Shown one piece after another: positions 21,991-33,579 of a stretch of DNA of 64,000 bases (the first letter of the stretch is position 1; every line of letters begins with the position of its first letter). The position numbers were made by a program, and so were the translations under genes. This stretch comes from an uncultured Gemmatimonadales bacterium (GTDB lineage: Bacteria > Gemmatimonadota > Gemmatimonadetes > Longimicrobiales > RSA9): assembly GCA_963783305.1 (NCBI GenBank), contig CAWAMW010000011.1, positions 105,318 through 169,317 on the forward strand. The letters are read 5' to 3'. Under the pieces are notes generated by a model. The model worked only from the letters and a program-made list of their open reading frames with translations, was not told where the DNA came from and did no database searches.

Positions 21991-23625
21991 TCAGCCTATT
22001 ACTCCTGCATCCCGCAGCGCTCCCGCGACCTGCCGGATGCCGTCGTACTTCGAGACCATGACGTGGGTGGCCCCCTCAGCGAGCAGCTCTTCCGCCAGGC
22101 TCGGGTCGAAGGCGTGGATGCTCGACGGTACCCCCGCCTGCCTGGAGCGGTAGGCGAGCAGCTTGTTGGCGTCCTCGATCTGGAGCGCCGAGACCAGCAG
22201 CCGCGCCCGGGGCAGCCTCGCCTCGGCCAGGACCGACGGGTGCTCGGTGCTGCCCTGGAGCGTCGGGCAGGGGAGGTCCGAGAGCTTCGCTGCGTCCACA
22301 TCCAGTGCCAGAACCGTCTCCCCTCGCGCCACGAGATCCCGGACGATCCGACGGCCCAGCGAGTTCATGCCCACCACGATGACGTGGTCCGCCAGCTCCG
22401 GCTCGCCCGCCGGCTCGGACGTGGGGGCTGCACGGAAGACGGCCAGGGCACCTCTCTTCCACAGCCGCTGGTACCACACATCTCCCGACTGGATCAGCGC
22501 GGCCGAGGTCCCCATGGTCACCAGACCGACCATGCCCACGACCGAGAGGAAGAGCTCGTCCACGAGACCGGCGCTGAACGCGAGCGCGGCCACAATGAAG
22601 GAGAACTCGCTGATCTGCCCGAGCGTGAGCGACGCCAGGAAGGCGGTGCGCTCGCCATAGCCGAAGCGGGGGATGAGCGCCATGAGGATGGCGGGCTTCC
22701 CGATGAGCACGAATGCGGACAGCACGAGCACCATCGGCCACCGCTCCATCGCGGCGGCCGGGTCCATGTGGATCCCCAGCGTGACGAAGAATACCGCCAG
22801 GAAGAAGTTGACGAGCGGGTGGACCCGGCGGATGAGCTCGTGATTGTAGCTCAGCTGCGCCAGACCGACGCCGGCGACGAACGCGCCGATCTCCACCGAG
22901 AGGCCGAGCGCCTGTGCCGCCAGGATGAATCCGAAGCACCACGTCAGGCTCCAGATGAAGAGCGCCTCCAGCGATCCGCTCAGCCAGCCGAACAGCGACG
23001 GCAGGACGAATCGGACCCCCAGATACGCCGCGACCACGAGCGCCGCCATCCCTACAGACGCCTGCAACAGGCCGCGACCGAGTGTCGCGACGCTCACCCC
23101 GCCCGCCGCCGGATCCTCCAGCCCCGCCAGGAGCGTGAGAGCCACCACGACCGCCACGTCCTGCACGAGGAGAATCCCCACGGCGATCCGGCCGTGCGTC
23201 GAGTCCAGCTCTCGGCGCCGGTCGAGCAGCTTCACAACCACCACCGTGCTGCTGAACGTCAGCCCCAGCGCCAGCAGCGCCGCGGGGAGTGCGTCGAGCC
23301 CCAGCACGAGGGCGAGCCCCCAGCCGATGAGCCCCGTGAGGACCAGCTGGGCGCCGCCGCCAAGGAGCGCGACTCGACCCACATCACGGATCTTCTGAAG
23401 CGACAGCTCCAGCCCCACCAGGAAGAGCAGCAGCGCGACCCCGACCTCGGAGATCAGCTCCAGGCCCTCCGTCTCGTGCACCCACCCGGTGAGTGGACCG
23501 AGGATGAGACCCGCCACCATGTACGCGATGATGAGCGGCACGCGGGCCGCGCGCGCCACGAGCCCTACCACCGCGGCGGCGGCCAGGATCAGCCCGAGGT
23601 CCAGAAGGAGGGGGAGGTCGGCCAT
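21991..23625 (-). CDS. CPA2 cation:proton antiporter with RCK/TrkA-N domain
   Basis: LLFLVGLE, FSSTVVVVK, LLVQD, GQISEFSFI; start ATG 23625. Confidence 0.9.
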   Translation of the reverse strand: MADLPLLLDLGLILAAAAVVGLVARAARVPLIIAYMVAGLILGPLTGWVHETEGLELISEVGVALLLFLVGLELSLQKIRDVGRVALLGGGAQLVLTGLIGWGLALVLGLDALPAALLALGLTFSSTVVVVKLLDRRRELDSTHGRIAVGILLVQDVAVVVALTLLAGLEDPAAGGVSVATLGRGLLQASVGMAALVVAAYLGVRFVLPSLFGWLSGSLEALFIWSLTWCFGFILAAQALGLSVEIGAFVAGVGLAQLSYNHELIRRVHPLVNFFLAVFFVTLGIHMDPAAAMERWPMVLVLSAFVLIGKPAILMALIPRFGYGERTAFLASLTLGQISEFSFIVAALAFSAGLVDELFLSVVGMVGLVTMGTSAALIQSGDVWYQRLWKRGALAVFRAAPTSEPAGEPELADHVIVVGMNSLGRRIVRDLVARGETVLALDVDAAKLSDLPCPTLQGSTEHPSVLAEARLPRARLLVSALQIEDANKLLAYRSRQAGVPSSIHAFDPSLAEELLAEGATHVMVSKYDGIRQVAGALRDAGVIG

Positions 23626-23763
23626 GCGGATATGGTAGCGGTCGGTCGCTCCCGGCGGTATCCGCCGGCTATTCCCCCAGCTGCGGACCCCGCCCCGGCT
23701 TAAAGGGTAGATACCGACCGAGAAACGGCCCCGAGGGCCTTGCAACCTCCGGGATAACGCGGT

Positions 23764-23814
23764 CCGGAACGAGCGTAACACCAGTGTGACGGCCTGGCTG
23801 TAGCTTCCACACGG
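23764..23814 (+). promoter_or_regulatory. Motif shared by both pilin-like gene upstream regions (copy 2)
   Basis: CCGGAAC-n3-CGTAAC-n6-GTGACG-n9-TAGCTT-cc-ACACGG. Confidence 0.6.
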
Positions 23815-23872
23815 TCGAAGGAGACGGCGGCAGTGTGCTCGCCGCACGAACTGATAGAGGACGGAGATAGAG

Positions 23873-24484
23873 ATGCCGAAGAGGATCATCAACGCACGGC
23901 GCGGCGGGTTCACGCTGGTCGAAGTGCTCGTCACCCTCGTGCTGATCGCGCTGCTGGTGGGAGTCGTCCTGCCCTCGGTGGTGAACCAGCTCGACCGCGG
24001 CGAGCCGACCCGGGTCACCGCGGACCTCGAAGCGATCCGGGCGGGCGCGAAGATGTTCCGGATCGACGTCAAGCGGTATCCGGCCACGCTCGAACAGCTG
24101 AGCGAGGCGCCGGACGCGTCGGGTGCGGCCTGGACCCGCACCACCGACTTCAATGGCGCGCAGATCGGCCCTGGCCTGCTCACGAACTGGGGCGGGCCGT
24201 ACATCGAGGGCTCCAGTGTCGCTGATGAGTCCACCACCCTCTCCACCGTGCTCGGCGGCGAGATCCAGCCGATCTTCATCGACTCCCTCACGATGGCCGG
24301 TGTGCCCTACCTGGCCGTCGAGGTCACCGGGCTCGATTCGGCGTCCATCGCCCGGATCAATGAGGCTGTGGATGGACTGGCCGCCGCGTCCATGACCAAC
24401 CCGGACATAGAGGGACGGATCCGGATGGCCGAGGATGTGGCCGACGATTTCCGGCTCTACTTCATGGCGCTGCCGATCAACTGA
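23873..24484 (+). CDS. Type IV pilin/GspG-like protein 2
   Basis: G|FTLVEVLV class III signal; RYPATLEQL, WGGPY. Confidence 0.88.
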   Translation: MPKRIINARRGGFTLVEVLVTLVLIALLVGVVLPSVVNQLDRGEPTRVTADLEAIRAGAKMFRIDVKRYPATLEQLSEAPDASGAAWTRTTDFNGAQIGPGLLTNWGGPYIEGSSVADESTTLSTVLGGEIQPIFIDSLTMAGVPYLAVEVTGLDSASIARINEAVDGLAAASMTNPDIEGRIRMAEDVADDFRLYFMALPIN

Positions 24485-24550
24485 TCCGCGCCTGTCCAAC
24501 CGGTGCCGGGGTCGCGTGATCCTGGCAACCGGGACGCGGATGGTGCACCA

Positions 24551-24584
24551 GAAGGGCCCTGCGGCTTCTGCCGACGGGCCCTTC
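24551..24584 (+). terminator. Hairpin, possible terminator
   Basis: GAAGGGCCC/GGGCCCTTC stem with inner CGGC/GCCG; no strong U-tract. Confidence 0.45.
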
Positions 24585-24679
24585 GCCGTCCGGTCCGGTG
24601 GTCGGCCTTTCGGGACGTCGGCGAGGCCCGTATCGTACCCGAAGCGAAGTGCACTGCCTCGACCAGCCGAGCCGATACC

Positions 24680-25207
24680 ATGGAACAGCCTCCGCGTGAG
24701 GCCCTCGAGAGAGGGCAGCGATTCCTGGCCCGCCGCCGTGAGCGGCTGGCGCACCTGATCCAGGGACCGCTGGACCTGCCCACGGGGCGGGGCGACCTGC
24801 CCGCCGACCGCCGCCAGTTCCTGCTGGAGGAGGCCGAAGAGCTGTACTGGAACGAGCTCTCCTGGGAGCAGGTGACGGAGGAGGAGGGGCTGGCCGACCG
24901 GGGGCTCGTGGAGCTGACGTTCCCGGGGTTCCTCGCATTCATCGAGGGACTCCTGTTGAAAGAGGTCATGCCCGACTCCCTCGCTCCCGCCAGTCCGCGC
25001 CCGGAGGTCGTGGAGGACATCCTGCTCTTCCTCGCCGCACGGTCGGTGCAGCTGGACGAGAACGAGGAGCCGGACGCCCGGATCGAGCGGGAGGTAACGG
25101 TCCGGCTCATCGACCTGGTGCTCTACCGTCAGCACGACATCGACGTGGAGGAGTTCGAACGACTGGAGGAGGAGGGGACCCCCAGCCCGGACCTCGACGG
25201 GCCGTGA
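24680..25207 (+). CDS. Acidic hypothetical protein
   Basis: Protein-like composition; stop overlaps next start (GTGA). Confidence 0.7.
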   Translation: MEQPPREALERGQRFLARRRERLAHLIQGPLDLPTGRGDLPADRRQFLLEEAEELYWNELSWEQVTEEEGLADRGLVELTFPGFLAFIEGLLLKEVMPDSLAPASPRPEVVEDILLFLAARSVQLDENEEPDARIEREVTVRLIDLVLYRQHDIDVEEFERLEEEGTPSPDLDGP

Positions 25208-26049
25208 GGCCGACGCCGGACCACGACTCCCTGCGCGGCGGCCCGCTCCTGATCGGCCATCGCGGCGCTGCCGGTCTCGCCCCCGAAAACACGATGCCCT
25301 CGTTCCGTGAGGCAGTGGAGCGCTGGGCGGTGGACATGATCGAGCTGGATGTCCGCGCCACCGCCGACGGCAAGTGCGTCATCATTCACGATGAGACCGT
25401 GGACCGCACCACGGACGGTACCGGAGCGGTCTCCCGGCGCACGCTGGCGGAGCTCAGGGATCTCGATGCCGGGTTCCGCTTCAGGGACGAGCGCGGGGAG
25501 CACCCGTTCCGCGCTCAGGGCATAGCGATCCCCACGCTGGACGAGGTCCTCACCACGTTCCCCGACACGCGCTTGACCGTGGAGATCAAGGACGGCGCGG
25601 TGCAGGAGGTGCTTCGGGACACGCTGCGGCGACACGACGCGGCGGACCGGGTCGTCGTCGCAGGGATGAACTACCGCGATCAGGCCCTCTTCCGGGACTA
25701 TCCCGGCGCCCGGAGCGCTCCCATGCTGGTCGCCGGCATCTTCTACGCCCTCCACCGGATCCACCTGTCCCGGCTCTGGCCACGCCTCGCCGACGTGTTC
25801 CAGGTCTCAGAGCTGCACCCGCACGACGGCAGCGAGGACCAGGGCGCCCGGCGGATCGTCACGCGGCGATTCGTCCGGGACGCGGCACGGCGCGGGGTTC
25901 CCGTCCACGTCTGGACCGTCAACGATGCCGGGGACATGTGGCGGCTCCTGGACTGGGGGGTGGACGGGCTCATCACGGATCGACCGGACATCGCCGCCGG
26001 TGTGCTCGCGGAGTTCGCCGGTCGGCCGCTGCCCCCCGGCCACAGCTAG
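25204..26049 (+). CDS. Glycerophosphodiester phosphodiesterase
   Basis: GHRGAAGLAPENT, IELDV, IHDETVDRTT, WTVN, GLITDRPD. Confidence 0.93.
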   Translation: MRPTPDHDSLRGGPLLIGHRGAAGLAPENTMPSFREAVERWAVDMIELDVRATADGKCVIIHDETVDRTTDGTGAVSRRTLAELRDLDAGFRFRDERGEHPFRAQGIAIPTLDEVLTTFPDTRLTVEIKDGAVQEVLRDTLRRHDAADRVVVAGMNYRDQALFRDYPGARSAPMLVAGIFYALHRIHLSRLWPRLADVFQVSELHPHDGSEDQGARRIVTRRFVRDAARRGVPVHVWTVNDAGDMWRLLDWGVDGLITDRPDIAAGVLAEFAGRPLPPGHS

Positions 26050-26050
26050 C

Positions 26051-27415
26051 ATGGCCCGGCCGCCGACCGATGCCGGCCGCCTCCCGGAACACGTCCGGCG
26101 TCACCTGGAGGAGGGCGACCTGCTGCGGCGCGGGCAGGCGGTCGTGGTCGCGCTGTCGGGCGGGCTCGACTCCATGGTGCTCCTCCACCTCCTGCGCTTC
26201 CCCCTGAACCACCTCGGGCTCCGCCTTACCGCGGCGCACCTCGATCACGCCATGCGACCCGGGAGCGGCGCCGATGCCCTGTGGGTGAGCGGCGTCTGCA
26301 CCGCCTGGGGGGTCCCGTGCCATCAGCGACGCCTCGACCCGGCAGCCCGGTCGGAAGCGGACGCCCGTGACCGCCGATACGCATTCCTCGAGGATGTCGC
26401 GGGGGCGGATGCCACGGCTGCCATCGCCACCGCTCACCACCAGGACGACCAGGCCGAGACGGTGCTCTTCCGAGCGATCCGGGGAACCGGCATCCGCGGC
26501 CTCCGCGGGATCGCGCCCCGGCGCGGCCGTGTGATCCGGCCCCTGCTGCCGTTCGGACGCGCGGAGCTGGCCGGGTATGCGGAAGCGGTCGGTCTGCGCT
26601 ATCGCGTGGATCCCACGAACCGGGACCTTTCCTACGCACGAAACCGGATCCGCCACGAAGCGCTCCCGGTCCTGGAGGCCGCGCACCCCGGAGCCGCCCG
26701 GTCGCTCGCCCGCCTCGCCGATCGGGCGCGCGCGGAAGAACGCTCCTGGCACGCGGTCCTGGAGCGGCTCGAGGCCGAGGTCGTCATCGCGAGCGATTCA
26801 ACGGGCGCCGTCCTTGCCCGCCCGGTGCTCCACTCCTATCATCCCGCCCTGCGGGTCCGGGTGGTGCGCCATCTGCTGCGCCGCCATGGGAGCGCGCCCG
26901 GGCGGGCGGGAACCCATGCGGCGTTGAAGTTTATTAGCTCCGGACGGAGCGGGGGGGAGCTCCACCTGACCAGTGGGGTGCGCCTGGTCCGGGACTTCGA
27001 TGAGATCCGGATCGTCTCCGGGGAAGCGCCGTCGGAGCCGGATCAGCCGCTGACGATCCCCGGGCCGGAGCCGGGAACGGGACGCGCCCGGATCGGGGGG
27101 CGCCGGGTGGAGGTGGTATGGGGCGGGGCGGTCGCGGGATCGGATCCCTGCCGGATCTCGCTCGCCGATCCGTCGTTCCCGCTCACGATCCGGGGATGGC
27201 GTCCCGGCGATCGTATCCGCTTCCAGTACGGTGGGAAGAAGCTGAAGGAGCTGTTCCGGGAGCGCCGGCTGGATCGGCGCGCTCGACGGGCGGCCCCGGT
27301 GGTGGTGGACGGGACGGGCAGGATCGTGTGGGTTGCAGGTGTCGCGCGCGCGGAGGGCGTGGGCGAGGATGGCGTGGGCTTCCATATCGCGGTGAGTGAT
27401 GCGCGACAGCGTTGA
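26051..27415 (+). CDS. tilS: tRNA(Ile)-lysidine synthetase
   Basis: ALSGGLDS PP-loop, TAHHQDDQAET, RPLL, RNRIR. Confidence 0.95.
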   Translation: MARPPTDAGRLPEHVRRHLEEGDLLRRGQAVVVALSGGLDSMVLLHLLRFPLNHLGLRLTAAHLDHAMRPGSGADALWVSGVCTAWGVPCHQRRLDPAARSEADARDRRYAFLEDVAGADATAAIATAHHQDDQAETVLFRAIRGTGIRGLRGIAPRRGRVIRPLLPFGRAELAGYAEAVGLRYRVDPTNRDLSYARNRIRHEALPVLEAAHPGAARSLARLADRARAEERSWHAVLERLEAEVVIASDSTGAVLARPVLHSYHPALRVRVVRHLLRRHGSAPGRAGTHAALKFISSGRSGGELHLTSGVRLVRDFDEIRIVSGEAPSEPDQPLTIPGPEPGTGRARIGGRRVEVVWGGAVAGSDPCRISLADPSFPLTIRGWRPGDRIRFQYGGKKLKELFRERRLDRRARRAAPVVVDGTGRIVWVAGVARAEGVGEDGVGFHIAVSDARQR

Positions 27416-27965
27416 GACGAGAGCACGGACAGGCGGGGCGGAGCTGGAGCGGGTCGTCTATACCGCTGAGGACATCGCGGTTCGGGTCGCCGAGATGGGC
27501 CGGGAGATTGGCGCGTCGTACCCGGCGACCGAGCCGATCCTGGCCCTCGGGCTGCTCAAGGGCTCGTTCATCTTCATGGCCGACCTGGTTCGGGATATCG
27601 AGAGACCCGTTACATTGGACTTCCTGGTCGCGTCGAGTTACGGCTCGGGGACGGTCACGAGTGGGGACGTGCAGCTTCTGTACGATCCGGAGAATACGCT
27701 CGAGGGAAAGCACGTGATCCTGGTGGAGGACATCGTGGACAGCGGCACCACCATGAACCGTCTCATCCCGATGCTGGAGCGGCGCGGGCCCCGGTCCCTC
27801 GAGATCTGTGCGCTGCTCCACAAGCACTTGGCGCCGAACCTGGTCAAGGAGCCTCGTTGGGTGGGTTTTGACGCACCCCACGAGTTCCTGATCGGGTACG
27901 GCCTTGATCATAGCGAGAACTTCAGGAACCTGCCGTTCATCGGCAGCCTGAAGACACCCGAGTAG
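27399..27965 (+). CDS. hpt: Hypoxanthine phosphoribosyltransferase
   Basis: LKGSFIFMADL, LVEDIVDSGTT, GYGLD. Confidence 0.96.
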   Translation: MRDSVETRARTGGAELERVVYTAEDIAVRVAEMGREIGASYPATEPILALGLLKGSFIFMADLVRDIERPVTLDFLVASSYGSGTVTSGDVQLLYDPENTLEGKHVILVEDIVDSGTTMNRLIPMLERRGPRSLEICALLHKHLAPNLVKEPRWVGFDAPHEFLIGYGLDHSENFRNLPFIGSLKTPE

Positions 27966-27974
27966 CAGGAGCCG

Positions 27975-30050
<2,076 letters not shown>

Positions 30051-30057
30051 GGCGGTC

Positions 30058-30987
30058 ATGAGGAGCGATCTGCTTCCGTCCGCGGCGAAGTACGGCCCCG
30101 AGAGCACGGGGATCGGCTCCACATCCGGAGCCGATCCCCGTTCTGCTATGTGGGCCACGGCGGTGGCGCCGCTCGACCTCGGCCGGCCGCGGATCATGGG
30201 GATCCTCAACGTCACCCCCGACTCGTTCTGGGACGGCGGGCGTTACGAGGGCGTGGACGCGGCGCTGCGGCGGGCGGAGCGAATGCTCGATGAGGGCGCC
30301 GACCTCCTGGACGTGGGCGGGGAGTCCACGCGCCCGGGAGCGGTCCAGGTCCAGGGCGCTGCCGAGCGTGATCGGGTAGTGCCGGTCGTGGAGGCGCTCG
30401 TGCGCGAATGGCCCCGGGTGCTGGTGTCCGTCGATACCGTCAAGGCCGAGGTGGCACGCGCGGCCCTCGATTCGGGTGCCGCGGTGGTGAACGACGTTTC
30501 TGGGTTCCGGCTGGACCCCGACCTGGGACCGCTCTGCGCCGATCGCCGCGCGGGCGTGGTTCTCATGCACTCGCGCGGCTCCATGGAGCAGATGGCGAGC
30601 TACGACACGGCCGTGTACGGGGCGGACCCCGTGGGAGAGGTGGTGGCCGAGCTGGAGGCGGCGCTGGCGCGTGCCCGGAGGGCGGGCGTGGACGACCAGG
30701 CCATCGTCCTGGATCCGGGACTGGGGTTCTCCAAACGCACGGCGGACAGCGCCGCGGTCCTGCGGTCGCTGGACCGGCTCCTGGCGTTGGGCCGACCCGT
30801 GCTCCTCGGTCCGTCTCGGAAACGCTTCATCGGGGAGCTGGCGGGGGGCGTTCCCCTGGAGGAGCGGCTGAGCGGGACGGTGGCCGCGTGTGTGGTGGGG
30901 TATCTCGCCGGCGCACGGATCTTCCGGGTCCATGACGTGGCGCCCGTACGGCAGGCGCTGGCCGTGGCCGAGGCGGTGCGCCCGTGA
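30058..30987 (+). CDS. folP: Dihydropteroate synthase
   Basis: MGILNVTPDSF, GGESTRPG, DPGLGF, SRKRF, RVHDV; start uncertain. Confidence 0.95.
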   Translation: MRSDLLPSAAKYGPESTGIGSTSGADPRSAMWATAVAPLDLGRPRIMGILNVTPDSFWDGGRYEGVDAALRRAERMLDEGADLLDVGGESTRPGAVQVQGAAERDRVVPVVEALVREWPRVLVSVDTVKAEVARAALDSGAAVVNDVSGFRLDPDLGPLCADRRAGVVLMHSRGSMEQMASYDTAVYGADPVGEVVAELEAALARARRAGVDDQAIVLDPGLGFSKRTADSAAVLRSLDRLLALGRPVLLGPSRKRFIGELAGGVPLEERLSGTVAACVVGYLAGARIFRVHDVAPVRQALAVAEAVRP

Positions 30988-31775
30988 GCGACCTGTTCGA
31001 CGTCCTCTACCGCTACGAATTCCTGCTGCCCGGCCTCTGGGACATCTTCCAGATCGTCATTGTCGCGGTAGGCATCTTCTACATCCTGAAGCTGCTGGCC
31101 CGGACCCGGGCCATGCAGATGCTCTTCGGACTCCTGCTGCTGGCGGTCATCTACTTCGCCGCGCAGTTCCTCGGACTCGACCTCCTGCGTACGATCCTGG
31201 AGGCCGGGTTCCAGTACGGGGTCATCGCCGCGCTCATCGTGTTCCAGCCGGAGCTGCGGAGCGCGCTGGCCCGTCTCGGTCAGAGCCGGATGCTGCGACT
31301 CTTCAACAAGATGGAGGAGAGCGAAGTGGTGGAGGAGCTCGTGGAGGCCGTCGAGCGCCTCTCCCGGGCCAAGATCGGCGCGATCATCGCCATGCAGCGC
31401 GATGTGGGCCTCGATGAGTATGCCGACACGGGGACGCGGATCCAGGCCCGGGTCTCCAGCGACATCATCCTCAGCATTTTTGCGCCCTACGGCCCGCTCC
31501 ATGATGGCGCCGTACTGGTCAGTGGGGATACATTGATCGCGGCAGGCGTGATCCTCCCGCTCACGCAGTTCCCCGTGGCGGATCGGAGCCTGGGCACCCG
31601 GCATCGGGCGGCGATCGGGCTGTCCGAAGAGACCGACGCCCTGGTGATCGTGGTGAGCGAGGAGACCGCGCAGGTCTCCATGGCTCAGAGGGGTCGGCTG
31701 GAGCGAAACGTGTCCCCGGAACGCCTTCGCGCCACCCTCGCCGGGGTGGCCGGCACAGTGCCGGTACCCGAGTGA
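30984..31775 (+). CDS. cdaA: Diadenylate cyclase CdaA/DacA
   Basis: Three TM helices, VFQPELR, LHDGAV, GTRHRAA, VSEET. Confidence 0.95.
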   Translation: MSDLFDVLYRYEFLLPGLWDIFQIVIVAVGIFYILKLLARTRAMQMLFGLLLLAVIYFAAQFLGLDLLRTILEAGFQYGVIAALIVFQPELRSALARLGQSRMLRLFNKMEESEVVEELVEAVERLSRAKIGAIIAMQRDVGLDEYADTGTRIQARVSSDIILSIFAPYGPLHDGAVLVSGDTLIAAGVILPLTQFPVADRSLGTRHRAAIGLSEETDALVIVVSEETAQVSMAQRGRLERNVSPERLRATLAGVAGTVPVPE

Positions 31776-31782
31776 CTTCGCG

Positions 31783-31811
31783 TTGACATGATTCAGGGCG
31801 CCCGGTACATT
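31783..31811 (+). promoter_or_regulatory. Sigma70 promoter of the exbB operon
   Basis: TTGACA-17 bp-TACATT. Confidence 0.7.
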
Positions 31812-31887
31812 CACCCCGATTCCGGCCAAAATAAGCAGACGGAACGGCTCATGGAGTCGCACACCTCGGCCTTAGCTGGCGAATGAA

Positions 31888-32697
31888 ATGAACCAAGAAG
31901 CAGCTCAAGCAACTCAGGATGGGTTCAACTTCCTGAATCTGTTCGCGGATGGTGGGGCCATGATGTACCCCCTCATCATCTCGTCGCTCCTGGCTTTCGG
32001 GGTCATTATCGCGAAGGCGTGGACCCTCTGGGTCGCGCACAAGGAATCGCGCGGTCTCCTCGATGAGGTCGAGGGACTCACCCGTGAGGGCCGTATCGAT
32101 GACGCGCTGCGCCTCGCCGAAGAGCGGCCGGGTCCGGTCGCTGCGATCCTCTATGCGGGGCTTCGCCGCGTGCGGGACCAGCGCAGCACGGGCGCCACGG
32201 TGGACAAGGCGATTCAGACCACCGGCGTCATCGAGCTCGGATTCCTCGAGCGCGGCCTGATCGTCCTCGCCACTATCGCGAACGTGGCGCCACTCATGGG
32301 CTTCCTCGGCACCGTGGCCGGCATGATCTCGGCTTTCGGCGCCATCGCCGAAGCCGGACAGGTCGATGCCACCCTCGTGGCCGGCGGGATCAAGGTGGCG
32401 CTGATCACCACGGCGGCCGGCCTCATCGTGGCCGTGCCCGTCAACATCGCCTACAACTTCTTCGTGACGAGGATCGACAAGCTGATCATCGACATGGAGG
32501 AGGGGACCGGCGCGGTGCTCCGCATGACCTGGGCGCTCGGCGCCGACATGGCCCCCGCCACCGCGGGTGGAACCACGCCCGCACGGCCGGTTACCAAGAG
32601 GCACGAGGTCGCCGAGTCCATTCACGATACGGATCCGGAGGAGCGCCCGTTCCGCGAACCGCGCTCACACCCGCCCGAAGACACACAGATCGACTGA
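31888..32697 (+). CDS. exbB: MotA/TolQ/ExbB proton channel protein
   Basis: APLMGFLGTVAGMI, ALITTAAGLIVAVP. Confidence 0.92.
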   Translation: MNQEAAQATQDGFNFLNLFADGGAMMYPLIISSLLAFGVIIAKAWTLWVAHKESRGLLDEVEGLTREGRIDDALRLAEERPGPVAAILYAGLRRVRDQRSTGATVDKAIQTTGVIELGFLERGLIVLATIANVAPLMGFLGTVAGMISAFGAIAEAGQVDATLVAGGIKVALITTAAGLIVAVPVNIAYNFFVTRIDKLIIDMEEGTGAVLRMTWALGADMAPATAGGTTPARPVTKRHEVAESIHDTDPEERPFREPRSHPPEDTQID

Positions 32698-32706
32698 GGA
32701 GCATCC

Positions 32707-33129
32707 ATGTCAATACTGAGAAGGCGCTCTCGGGCGTCGGGTGAGATCTCCACGGCGGGAATGGCGGACATCTCCTTCCTGCTGCTGGTCTTCTTCCTCG
32801 TCACCACCATCTTCGACGAGGAGAAGGGACTGAGCATCGTGCTGCCGGAGACCGGCAATGAGGCCGAGGTGTCTCAGAAGAACGTCCTCCATCTCGCGAT
32901 CCAGCCCAACGGGATCGTGCAGGTGCGGCGCGGTGAGAGCCCGCAGGTGCAGCCGGTGAACGCGTCGGAGATCGGGACTCTGTGGCGGCTCGAGGTGAGC
33001 CAGAATCCGAACCTGATCGCCGCGGTCAAGACGGCGCCGAACGCGCCGTACCGCTACATGGTGGACGTGCTCGACCAGCTGCAGGCGGTCGGCGCTGAGC
33101 GTGTGAACCTGGCACTCCTGGAAGAATAG
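32707..33129 (+). CDS. exbD: ExbD/TolR family protein
   Basis: MADISFLLLVFFLVTT TM helix with Asp. Confidence 0.9.
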   Translation: MSILRRRSRASGEISTAGMADISFLLLVFFLVTTIFDEEKGLSIVLPETGNEAEVSQKNVLHLAIQPNGIVQVRRGESPQVQPVNASEIGTLWRLEVSQNPNLIAAVKTAPNAPYRYMVDVLDQLQAVGAERVNLALLEE

Positions 33130-33132
33130 CCG

Positions 33133-33576
33133 ATGATTACGGGTGGAGGACTAGAACGGAAGTCGAAGGCATCGAGCGAGATCCCCTCATCGTCGCTCGC
33201 GGACATGGCCTTCCTGCTGCTCATCTTCTTCATGGTGAGCACCACGTTCCCACAGGAGCAGCCGCGCCGCATGCCGTGGCCGGAGGCCCAGGCCACGGAA
33301 AAGCTGGACGAGCAGCGGAAGAACATCCTGCACGTGTTCGTGACCGAAGATGGCAACATCTTCATCAACGATCAGCTGATCCCCATCACACAGGTGTCCA
33401 ACCTGATCGCACCGTTGTACCGGGACAACCGCCAGCTCCTGATCTCGCTGCGCGCTGATCGGAACACTCCGTACAGCACGATTTACAACATACAGGAGGA
33501 GTTGCAGGAGGCGGGCGCGCTGCGCCTCACCTTCTACACCGACCTCGAAGAACGTGTGACCCGGGAGCGGAGGTAG
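33133..33576 (+). CDS. exbD: ExbD/TolR family protein (second copy)
   Basis: LADMAFLLLIFFMVST; LRAD. Confidence 0.9.
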   Translation: MITGGGLERKSKASSEIPSSSLADMAFLLLIFFMVSTTFPQEQPRRMPWPEAQATEKLDEQRKNILHVFVTEDGNIFINDQLIPITQVSNLIAPLYRDNRQLLISLRADRNTPYSTIYNIQEELQEAGALRLTFYTDLEERVTRERR

Positions 33577-33579
33577 AGC

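Noticed and set aside
23626..24291. N-terminal extension of the 766-aa antiporter ORF, and similar extensions on eno, nnr, folP, hemD and hemL
   Set aside because: Extensions overlap other genes or their promoters; family similarity begins at the downstream start codons
18525..24600. Integrative element or prophage at tRNA-Met
   Set aside because: No integrase, transposase or phage genes, and no duplicated tRNA 3' end noticed
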